Shown: positions 1 to 9,800 of the stretch, piece after piece
Layout: each line of letters starts with the position of its first letter
Position numbering within the stretch: position 1 is the stretch's first letter
Assembly: GCA_016839945.1 (NCBI GenBank)
Contig: JAEOTE010000081.1
Location: 1 to 24,364, forward strand
DNA from: Candidatus Heimdallarchaeota archaeon
GTDB lineage: Archaea > Asgardarchaeota > Heimdallarchaeia > Heimdallarchaeales > Heimdallarchaeaceae
Direction: 5' to 3'
DNA length: 24,364 nucleotides
The notes under the pieces: generated by a model
What the model was told of the DNA's origin: nothing
Databases searched by the model: none
The model's input: the letters and a program-made list of their open reading frames with translations, nothing else
Program-made: the position numbers and the translations under genes

Positions 1-196
1 ATACGTCTTTAGCAGAGACAGTCTTTCTTGCATTGGCTGCTGTTCTTTTGGTTGCTTTTTTGATTAAGTAACCAACTTTTTCATTCAATGCATCTACGAA
101 GTCTCCTGATACTTGGTAATCACCAAGGCTTTTGACATATTCCTTAACTTTTGATTTAACTACTAGCATTTCTGTGACCTTCTTTTTTTTGGACAC
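1..196 (-). CDS. Archaeal histone-fold protein, short 'face-to-face'/HTkC-Bd0055-like type (3' end at or just beyond the window edge)
   Basis: Not in the ORF track; translated by hand from GTG at 196 (in-frame ATG at 169): MSKKKKVTEMLVVKSKVKEYVKSLGDYQVSGDFVDALNEKVGYLIKKATKRTAANARKTVSAKDV. It has the histone-fold hallmarks LVVKSKVKE, S-x-D-F-x-D-A-L and RKTV-x-x-x-D. An AGGGGG SD-like site lies about 8 nt upstream of the GTG and a TATA box at 243-250. Confidence 0.9.
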   Translation of the reverse strand, partial: MSKKKKVTEMLVVKSKVKEYVKSLGDYQVSGDFVDALNEKVGYLIKKATKRTAANARKTVSAKDV

Positions 197-242
197 TTGA
201 ATAACCCCCTTGGATTATCAAGCTATATTGTGCTGATACTAG

Positions 243-250
243 TATTTAAA
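243..250 (-). promoter_or_regulatory. TATA box of the histone gene
   Basis: TTTAAATA on the minus strand about 47 nt upstream of the GTG start, consistent with a short leader carrying the SD site. Confidence 0.6.
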
Positions 251-330
251 GTTTGAGTGTTAAGACATGTTTAAATGATAATGTCGGCACTCTAACTATA
301 TTATACATATTTTTACGATTTTTCAATATA

Positions 331-357
331 AGAAAAAAATGATGGAAAAAATCCATC
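331..357 (-). terminator. Hairpin plus U-tract terminator after the 373-786 gene
   Basis: Inverted repeat GATGGA (341-346) / TCCATC (352-357) with a 5-nt loop, followed on the minus strand by a T7 run, starting about 15 nt after the stop at 373. Confidence 0.55.
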
Positions 358-372
358 TAGTAAACTAAAATT

Positions 373-786
373 TCAATCTCTTACTATGAAAAGTCCAAAA
401 AGGAAAGCAAATAATGAGCCACCTACAGCTAACCAGAACCAATAGAAATACATAGGTGAGGGATCAATATAAGGCATACTACCATTTTGGATGAACAGGA
501 CAATTCCAGGAACTAACGCACAAGCTAAAGATAGTAATGTTAAAACTATATAGACAACTTTTGATATCCTGCCAAGTGACACTAACAAAGCTACTACCAA
601 GAAAACAGCTATAGCGAATAAGACAATTACGATGACCAAAGCAATGATTTCGGAAGTTGACTGATATTCAGGCAACCATTGGTAGATATTTAGGAGTATT
701 CCACCTGTAGCTGAACCTGCCCAGAATAGAAGAGATAAAATTCCTGATAACGATGTAAGCAAATCTAAAAGACTTAATCTTCTCAT
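373..786 (-). CDS. Hypothetical integral membrane protein (about 4 TM helices)
   Basis: 137 aa with four long hydrophobic stretches and no recognisable motif. Confidence 0.7.
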   Translation of the reverse strand: MRRLSLLDLLTSLSGILSLLFWAGSATGGILLNIYQWLPEYQSTSEIIALVIVIVLFAIAVFLVVALLVSLGRISKVVYIVLTLLSLACALVPGIVLFIQNGSMPYIDPSPMYFYWFWLAVGGSLFAFLFGLFIVRD

Positions 787-833
787 GATACAATGAATAA
801 GGAAAATACAATTAAAACTTTATGGAATAACTT

Positions 834-1736
834 TTACACATTATTATTCTCATTATTAATCATGAGATTTTTATAGGTTTGATAACGGCGTTTAATATGC
901 TTCTTCATTTCATCAATTTGTCCTTCAGAAATGTGTTTGAATCTACCTTGTTTCTTAAGAAAATCTTCCAACCCAATAAATTTCGGTTCATGGTTCAACT
1001 TAAGTTCTCCATTCTCAAATTCAACTAAAAGCCAATAACCGCTTTCAACAGATTCTTTAGCTAACTGAGGCCCTAAGTGACTTTCAGTCCTCCATCCAGG
1101 AGTACAAACTGAAAGAATTTCAATATATCTGAATCCTTTCATATTTTTGGCTTTCTCCACTTTATTGATAAAATCTTGAATATGTGAAGTGGAAGCAGTT
1201 GCAACATATTGTGCATCATGTGCGATTAATATTCGAGGTAAATCTTTAGGCATATATTCGTTTCCAGTAAACTCTCCTGTTACAGGAGTTGTTGTAGACC
1301 AAGCGCCATAAGGAGATACACTAGAAGCCTGAATACCTGTATTTTCATAAGCTTGGTTATTGTAACAGATGTAGAGGATGTTCTCATTCCTATGAGCTGC
1401 TCCTGAAAGAGTCTGTAAACCCATATCCGCAGATCCCCCATCACCGGCCATACCTAATACTACAACATCATCTTTACCTTGAGCTTTCAAAGCTCTTGAT
1501 ATTCCTGTTACTGTTGAAGCAGTGTTCGAAAATTGCATGTGAAAATAAGGAACGTCCCAATTGATGTTTGGAAAGGTACCACCAAAAACTGACATACATG
1601 ATGGAGGAACTGAAACAATTGTATTCTTTCCTAAAATTCTCATAACATTAATTGCTATGTTTGCAGCCATACAGCCAGCGCAGGATTTTCCCCCTGGTGT
1701 GTATGCTCCCTCGTCTGGTAATTCTTCTAATTTCAA
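834..1736 (-). CDS. porB: 2-oxoacid:ferredoxin oxidoreductase beta subunit (PorB-like, TPP-binding)
   Basis: N-terminal CAGC, PPSC and VCTPGW Fe-S ligand cysteines; TPP motif GDGG...YNNQAYENTG; starts 4 nt after the alpha-subunit stop. Substrate specificity is uncertain. Confidence 0.92.
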   Translation of the reverse strand: MKLEELPDEGAYTPGGKSCAGCMAANIAINVMRILGKNTIVSVPPSCMSVFGGTFPNINWDVPYFHMQFSNTASTVTGISRALKAQGKDDVVVLGMAGDGGSADMGLQTLSGAAHRNENILYICYNNQAYENTGIQASSVSPYGAWSTTTPVTGEFTGNEYMPKDLPRILIAHDAQYVATASTSHIQDFINKVEKAKNMKGFRYIEILSVCTPGWRTESHLGPQLAKESVESGYWLLVEFENGELKLNHEPKFIGLEDFLKKQGRFKHISEGQIDEMKKHIKRRYQTYKNLMINNENNNV

Positions 1737-1740
1737 CTAT

Positions 1741-2934
1741 TCACCTTCTTGTATTTACAAAGATTATAGGATCTATAGTTTCAATAGCTTCAATAGTTTC
1801 AATTTCTTTTATTTTTTCAAACATGAATCTAATGTCAACTTCCCTTATATCTCTTCCTCCCAATCCAGCTATAAGATTAATAATAGGTTTTCTTTCTCCA
1901 TACATTGCATTTCGTACTTCTGTATAGACTTGTCCAAAAGAACCATATGATAAACTACGATCAAAGACACCAACAGCTTTTACATTTCTTAGAGCTTCTC
2001 GAATGTCTTCAACTGGAAAGGGTCGGAAGAATCGAAGTTTAACTAAACCTACTTTTTCTCCTTCAGCTCTTAAATCATCCACAATAGTTCGAGCTGTTCC
2101 TGTGGTTGCTCCCATTACTACTAATGCTCTTTCTGCATCTTCCATCTGATAGGTGTCAATTAATCCTCCATAGCTTCTTCCAAATCTATTAGAGAAATCT
2201 TCGTTTATTTCCTTGATCACGTCTTTGGCATTCATCATAGCTTGATGCATCTGGAATTTAGCTTCATTGTGATATTCAGGAGGGACAATTAATCCTTGGG
2301 CTACTGGTCTTTCGGTATCTAAGTACGCATGAGGAGGATCATAAGCAGGGAGAAAATCATCCACTTCTTCTTGCGAAAGTATTTCTACAGCTTCTGATGT
2401 ATGAGTAAGAACATATCCTTCTCCACAAACCATTACTGGTAGGAGAACCCGAGAATCTTCCCCTATACGATATGCTTGAATGATCATATCAAACGCTTCT
2501 TGGTTATTTTCAACATAGATTTGTAACCAACAAGCATCTCGTTCAGCCATGCTATCTGCAAATTCAGGCCATATACCTCCTGGAGACATAAGAGTACGAT
2601 TTCCAATGAACATTACTACTGGTAAACGCATGCCACCTGTACTGTGTACCACCTCATGCATGAATGCTAAACCTTGACTGGCTGTTGCTGTAAAAGTTCT
2701 AACGCCTGTTCCTTCAGCAGCAGCACAAACAGTCATTGCACTATGTTCTCCCTCAACTCTAACAAATTCAGCTTTTAATTCTCCTTTAGCTATATAGCTG
2801 GAAAGATCTTCAACAATCTCAGTTTGAGGACAAATAGGGTATGCAGAGATGACTTTAGGTTTTGCTCTAACTACAGCAATTGCCACGGCTTGGTTCGCCG
2901 TGATCATGTCTTTGTATTTTTCTATCCTCAACAT
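1741..2934 (-). CDS. porA: 2-oxoacid:ferredoxin oxidoreductase alpha subunit (PorA-like)
   Basis: AYPICPQT (YPITP variant), EGEHSA, TATASQGL, NR, RFFRPFP and GLGGRD motifs; 397 aa with no fused gamma domain. Confidence 0.92.
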   Translation of the reverse strand: MLRIEKYKDMITANQAVAIAVVRAKPKVISAYPICPQTEIVEDLSSYIAKGELKAEFVRVEGEHSAMTVCAAAEGTGVRTFTATASQGLAFMHEVVHSTGGMRLPVVMFIGNRTLMSPGGIWPEFADSMAERDACWLQIYVENNQEAFDMIIQAYRIGEDSRVLLPVMVCGEGYVLTHTSEAVEILSQEEVDDFLPAYDPPHAYLDTERPVAQGLIVPPEYHNEAKFQMHQAMMNAKDVIKEINEDFSNRFGRSYGGLIDTYQMEDAERALVVMGATTGTARTIVDDLRAEGEKVGLVKLRFFRPFPVEDIREALRNVKAVGVFDRSLSYGSFGQVYTEVRNAMYGERKPIINLIAGLGGRDIREVDIRFMFEKIKEIETIEAIETIDPIIFVNTRR

Positions 2935-3021
2935 CTGCTTGATAAACCTCTTTGGTTATTATTAAAGATGACTGTTCATAACTTACATATAAAATCTATT
3001 ATGTGTATTGATTATCTAGAT

Positions 3022-3573
3022 TTAGAACCATGTTTTTTTCTTGTATTCCACATACTCTTCTCCGAATTTTCTTTCTAGATTCTTTTCTTCATATTTCTTC
3101 CAAATTAGTACAAATGTAGCCCATATTATTGTAGAAATAAGTGATGTAAAACCATCAAAGATAAATGGAAATCCTATATGAAATAAAATTATTCCTATGT
3201 ACATTGGGTGTCTAATTTTTGAGTACAATCCTTTTGTTACAAGTGCTTCTTTATCTGTTACTCCCATCTTTGCAATATCTGAATAAAAGAACAATCCAAA
3301 TCCTAATACTGTTAATGGTATCCCGATAGAGTATGTGTATACTTTATCCAACCCCATTTTTACTGGATCTGCAATACTCCAAAATCCCCATCCCAAGTAA
3401 CCTAAAAACACAGCCACTAATGAGAAACTTATCACTTTTTTCGAAATCTCTCTTTGTTTCTTGTATGATATGAAATGTATTGCCAAACGAACAGAATAAC
3501 TGCAGAGACAAAAGAAAATTCCTAATGCAACTAAGATATAAACCCAAGTACTTGTTTTTAAGATTTCTAACAT
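3022..3573 (-). CDS. Isoprenylcysteine carboxyl methyltransferase / PEMT-family membrane methyltransferase
   Basis: Several TM helices plus the family signatures LVTKGLYSKIRHPMY and EEKNLERKFGEEYVEYKKKT. Confidence 0.88.
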   Translation of the reverse strand: MLEILKTSTWVYILVALGIFFCLCSYSVRLAIHFISYKKQREISKKVISFSLVAVFLGYLGWGFWSIADPVKMGLDKVYTYSIGIPLTVLGFGLFFYSDIAKMGVTDKEALVTKGLYSKIRHPMYIGIILFHIGFPFIFDGFTSLISTIIWATFVLIWKKYEEKNLERKFGEEYVEYKKKTWF

Positions 3574-3649
3574 GAATATCGCTTATAATTAAAATACAAA
3601 AAATAAAAGGATTCCGCAACGTAATAAAAATAAAATTGAGAAATTGTTT

Positions 3650-3814
3650 TTACTCTTCTTCTTCTTCTTCTTCCTTGGGCTTGGTCGGTATCTTCCCTTC
3701 CAATTTCTCAGCTACTTCGCTAATATCACTACTTGATTCTCCTGTTTTACTAAGTAGTTCTTTAGTAACATCATCAGGTAATCTTTTTTTCTCTTGCTCT
3801 TCTTCTTCACTCAT
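3650..3814 (-). CDS. Small acidic hypothetical protein (about 54 aa, probable ATG start at 3814)
   Basis: MSEEEEQEKKRLPDDVTKELL...KPKEEEEEEE fills the gap between genes on the same strand and has an AT-rich TATA-like region upstream. Confidence 0.6.
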   Translation of the reverse strand: MSEEEEQEKKRLPDDVTKELLSKTGESSSDISEVAEKLEGKIPTKPKEEEEEEE

Positions 3815-3877
3815 ATAAATCCCACAGAAATTTATTTCCATTAGAACTAACTGTTTTGTTTAATAAAAAGTTTATGT

Positions 3878-6800
3878 TTATATTTGCGAACCTAACTTTC
3901 TTCGTTTCAAAAAGCGTCTAAGACTTACAATAACAAAGATTCCGATAACTGAAACCATTGACCATAAAAATGTTGTAGAAGATAAGAAATTTCTACCTGC
4001 ATCTATTAGTTTTTGGAGATCAATTTTAATTTCGCAACCAATGTATGATTTTTCTCCACCATAAACAAAAAGAAGTTCTTTTGCATCTTTTGGTAGGTAC
4101 CTTGAATCCAATTCTAGTACAACTAATCCTTCAGGATTTGTTACAAATCTCTCCTCTTTTACAGTTGTTCCATTTAAACTGATATATCTGATTTTAATCT
4201 CTTTATCTGAAAGAGAACGATTCTCACCATCAACTAGTTGTAATATGAGATTTTGTTTTTCTTGTTCAATTTTCAAGTAAGTTTCTTGAGGTGTTATTTC
4301 GAATTCTATACTTAGAGTAGTTGGATTGTAATCATCAGAACCTCCAAAGAAAATATCCATCTGATAAATCCCAACTTCATATTCCGAGAGATCTAAAGAT
4401 ACTACTCCATAAGAATCTGAATAGTAGGTATAACTATTAATTCCAATAAAAATCAAGACTGGCATCCCCTTTAATGGATTACCATTTATTGACAGTAGTT
4501 TTATCTCTAGTCCAGAAGAGCTATTATAGGATGATTGCGTATTATCAACACTGAATTGACTATAACATTTTTCTACATTGATTGAATGTAGACTTTGAAT
4601 CGCATTATAATGAGATGTCTCAGTTATATCTATTATAATATCCAGTATTTCTGTGTTAGATAAATAATATTCTAAATACGCTATTCCTTCTTCATCTGTT
4701 ACTCCATTGAGAACGTCATCTCCAATAGTTATAGTAAATAACATGAATGGTAATGGTACATTGTTTGAATCAAAAATCCTAATAATCATTCTTACTTCTT
4801 CTTCAACGATATTATTTTCAAAATCAAATTCTACAGTAGGATTATCCTTTAGTATTGATATTATAAAATTCTTTGATGTATCTTCAATATTCGTATCATT
4901 TGATATGACTTCAATCGTAAGGATGTAGTCATGTGGAGATATTTCCAACCAGCTTGAAGGAATTATAAATTCTCCCTGAGCATCTGTAATCAAAGAACCC
5001 AATAAAACACCTTCCAAATAAACATTAATTGAAGCATTTGGAATTGGTATAGAAAGAAAAGATACTATTCCATAGAAATTTGTATCTTGATTGAAAACCT
5101 TCTGAAGAGTATTGAGAGAGATGTCTGCATATCCTTTCAAACGCTGAATTTCAAATGTTGTTTCGAAATATAGTATGATGTCGTTTTCATTTACTTTTAT
5201 TATTACTTGGTATGTACCAGCATCTAAGAATTGATCTATACTGAAATAGAAATTACCTTCAGAATCTGTCAAGGTCAAATACTCGAATCCATCTAACAAT
5301 AACACTACACTAACAGAGTCAAGAAGCCCTAGATAGTTGTCAATAACACCACTTATTGATCCTTCTGAACCATAAGATTGAGGATTGATTTGTAGATCAA
5401 TTAGGTTGATTTCATATTTTGTGTAGAAAGGAATATCTAAAGATGTTTGATAATACATTGCATTTCCTTGGAATTCAATCTTTAATACATGACTTCCCGT
5501 ACTAATTGTATCCAATAAAATGATTGTAGCAAAACCGGTTTCATTTGTTAATAATGTCGCATAATGATTCCCATCTAATGAAATAATTAACTGCCCAATT
5601 ATTGGATTATCTAGAGAATCTACTAGCTGTACATCTAATTCTACTGTTTGACCAAATGTTTGGTTAAAAGATCCTATAAAAACAATCTCTGTGGTTGTTT
5701 TGTAAATAGTAATCATTATAAGCTTTGAAGTTGGTAAATAGTTTTCATTCCCATAAAAACTAGAAACAATCTCATAGGTTCCAATTGGTAAATCTATTAG
5801 AGTCAAGAACTCACCATTCTGATCTGTTATCAAAGTTTTATAGTAAACTCCATTTTGATCTAAGACAATTGTCTCACCACTTAACGCAGTGTTTCCAAAT
5901 AAGGTTCCTAGCAACCAGGGTTGATAATTTTCATAGTAGAATGTAAGACTAATTGATGATTCAGCTTTTGAGATATTGAAGTTTGAATTAAAGATTATTG
6001 CTGAATATAGGATGTCTCCTTCAAAATATACTTGTAAATCATATAATCCTGCATTCATAAACAGATTAAGAACTAAAACTGCGTATCCTGAGGAATTTGT
6101 TAATGCATAGTAATCAATAGAATTTATCATAATCAAGATATTTTCATTTTCAAGAGGTACTCCTTCTGAAGTTAATCTAATCTCTATTACAGTTTCTTGT
6201 GTCGCATATATCCCTTCATAAACATGAACAGTTAATTCTGTCTGAAGTTTTGCTTGTTCTAGAACAATTAATTGAGAAGATTCAGAGTAAATAGACGTAC
6301 CTTGAAAAACAATTTCTATCTCGTAAATTCCTGGTGTTTGATCCTCTAAAACAAAAAAAACATAACCATTACTATCAGTTATATTTTGTCCAATCAAAGA
6401 TCCATTTAGATAGAAATAAATTGCTTCATTTGCCAATGGATTGTCTGTTGCATCCTTGAGATTTGTTTCTATTATCAGAGACATGTCATTCCAACTGACT
6501 TGTCCTTCAATTGTAGTTTCTATTTTCCAAATAAACACGGTTTTTAAGGCAGTAGAAGAGAGAAAATAGCTGTCTCCAATAAATTCTACTTCTATTAAGT
6601 ATGTAGCTGGTTCTAAAGACACAGTAAACTCATAATATCCAAATTCATCTGAAGCTGTACTTTGAAATTCTGTTCCGTTTATTATGAGTTTTAGGATTAA
6701 TCCTTCAATAGGTTGAAAGAATACATCTTGAATATAACCGCTGATCAGATACGAAGTCGTATATGTTTGATTAGGGGCATTCAAAGTAAGGTTTGTAGGC

Positions 6801-9800
6801 ATTTTATCTATTTGTAAACTTATTTCCAACATTGAGTTTAGATAATAATTATTTCCAGCAAAGGAGATTTCCACTTCATAAACTCCAGGGGATATTGATG
6901 GGATTTGCCATTCTACCCATCCTGAAGAATTAGTTAAAACTTGTTCTTGCAAGATTCCTGAAATAGTTATTGTTAGATATTCTGAAGGAATTCCTCCTAA
7001 AGAGGAATAGAGGTATATGAAAACAACAGCTGATTGATTGTAATAGATGAATACATCATCACTTGAAATAAAACTAGCTGTTTTAGTTATTTGAAATGTG
7101 CTTTCAGTAGAATTTTGTATATACATTCCAGATTGTATAATTTCAGCTTTAAGATTGTAAATACCAGGAATAAAGTCTACAAACCATTCAGAAGTAACTG
7201 CTCCTGATGCATCAGAGAATCCAGATCCGATTAATGTTCCATTCAAGTAAAATGCAACTTCCACTTGAATAGGCTGATCGTATTCATCTCTAACTTCAGC
7301 TTCAAGTATTATTGAGGTTTGATATTCAGCTGTAGCAGGAGCTGTAAGAGAAATTGTTGTACTTATACCTACTTTGAGGTTTCTTGTAGTTTCCGCATCA
7401 TTCCAGTTACTGTCTGATTCAATAGAAGCTTTCCAAATCCATTCACCCAAAGGAAATGTTACTAAAGGAGTAAATACGGCATAACCTGAACTATTAGTGA
7501 ATGCTGATCCTATATAGATCCATGAAATTGTATCAAACCAATAAAATTTCACTTCAATCCCTTCTGGTGTTGTACCATAAGCTGATTCAACATAGACAAC
7601 GAAATCTATTGGATTTGAAGTGTTTTGGTGAATATCACTAGCATTTATAGTTAAAGAGCAAGGAGAACTATCAAGATAAATTGTTTCACTGGATTCATAA
7701 TAATTTTGTGATGAACTAAAGTTTACTTGAACTTCTATTATACCTCCTTGTTCTACAGTATAAACTAAAACAAAATATCCATTAACATCTGTTACAACTT
7801 GATATTCTATCCCTAGTATAGTTATAGTTACAACTTCCCCAACAACAGGAAAACTATTAGAAAGAAGATAACCATCTATAGTAATAGTTTCTTGATTAGT
7901 GCAATCTATATCATTAAGTTGATGAAAACTACTTGGAGCTTTTAAGCATGTAACATAAGATGTAATTGAATCAGATTTCGCATAATACAGAATTCCATTT
8001 TCATAATAGTCAGTAGTTGTAATCAATATACACAAAACATCATTAGCATTCATGTCCAAGTTTAATTCAACTGAAGCATAACCTGATGAATTAGTAATGA
8101 TGTAAAATGTTTCATCCCAGATACCAAATTCATTAGGTACTGAAACATAAATGAGTACAGTCATATTGTCTATAGGATTACCAAGATGGTCTGTAATCCA
8201 TGTTTCCACAAAAAACAGAGAATTATAAACATAAGTTTCATTTTCACTTAAGTTTGTGCTAATAACAGCTTTATCACTGTTAATTGTCATAGATATAGAT
8301 TCTTCAAAATATAGGTAGTTAAATGAGTTAACCTTAATGTAAACTATGAAATCTCCAGGATCAAAAAACTCAGCAGGAAATGAGAGATATCCATACCCAT
8401 TCAAATCTGTTTGTAAGATTCCTAGGGAAGTATTGATATTTGTACGACTTTCAAAAATTATTACTTCAAAACTTAAATTGGGAACAGGATCATTTTCTAA
8501 ATCGAAGAACCTAATTGTTGTGCTGAAAGGTTCGTTCCAGTATTTTTCTATTAACGCTGGAGATTGAACTATTAGAGTATTAGGAGATATGTCTAAATCA
8601 CCATAAGTTGTTGCTGGATAATTGTAAAGATTTGAATCCATATTTATTGAAATCCAAAAGGAATTAGGGTAATAGCCTGCATTCCAGTCAATTAATCCAA
8701 CTGGAGTAGTTGCATAACCAGAAGCATTTGTAGCTGTAAAGACAGGGTCGACAATTCCTTGGAGATAGAACAGAGCAAGTTGACTTTCTATAGGTTGTCC
8801 ATCATTATCTATTATCTGTGCTTCTAAAATATATTCAGTTATGTCAGCATATCCAATTGCACTTCCATAGGTACAATATACTCGAGGTACAATAACTTGT
8901 ATGTTCTCCTTCAATTGAGTAGTTGAACTATAAGCTGTAAGAAATGATGTTTCAGCTTTGAAATATACAATTCCTGATCCTTGATTGATTGTATATTGAC
9001 CTATAGCATAACCATTTTGGTTAGAGATTTCTGCAGAATGAAAAGACCATGTTAGATTGTCTAAGGAATTATAGAAACTGACATTAACACCAGATAAAGG
9101 CTGATGGTATAGATTTTCGATTTTAGCAGTTAAATCTATGGTATCTGAATATTCAGCTGAAGAAGGGGAATTTAATTCTAAAAATTCTGGTTCTAGTGAA
9201 TTAACAATAGAAAGATCCCAATAATCTGTTGAACTATCATAGATATTTGAATCATCATAATAATTTGAAGTGATTTTGTGATACATTCCAGTTGTCCCAG
9301 AAGAATCATAAGTAATTGTTGTTTGACCTTGAGAATCTACTTCTGAATTGCTTAGAAGTGATCCAGTATAAACACTAAATGGAATATCAATATTTGTTTG
9401 TTCTGTCCAACTTCCACCATTATAGATATACACTTTGTTTTCATCAGATCCAGTAAGATCGTTAGAATATTGAAGGTTAAAGTCGCTGCTTGAAGCAAGT
9501 ACTGCATAATAAGTTGTATCAGCTGTTAGAACATTATTTACTTGAGTAGAAAGTGGATGATTCCAAAATGCAAACAATAAAGGAGAATCTGGATTGTTTT
9601 TATGGAAATTGTAAGTGTGAAGAGAAATTTCGTATTTCATTAAGTAGCTGGTTTGATAATTCTGCAAATCAGCTGTAATATAGAAATCGATTTGATTACT
9701 TATCGGAGAAACAACTTCTGAAATGTTCAAGGATAATGCTTCAAAACTAGCACCAAAACTCAAACTAAATTCAATCGCAAACTCATTGTCAATGACTAGG

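Noticed and set aside
1777-1804. 9-bp tandem repeat (TTCAATAG-like, about 3 copies) near the porA 3' end
   Set aside because: It is an in-frame micro-duplication encoding IETIEAIET in a variable tail, and is not CRISPR-like or regulatory.
1561-3818. Short ORFs 1561-1950, 1652-1927, 2824-3078, 3344-3619 and 3636-3818
   Set aside because: They are antisense or alternate-frame shadows of well-supported genes and show no motifs.
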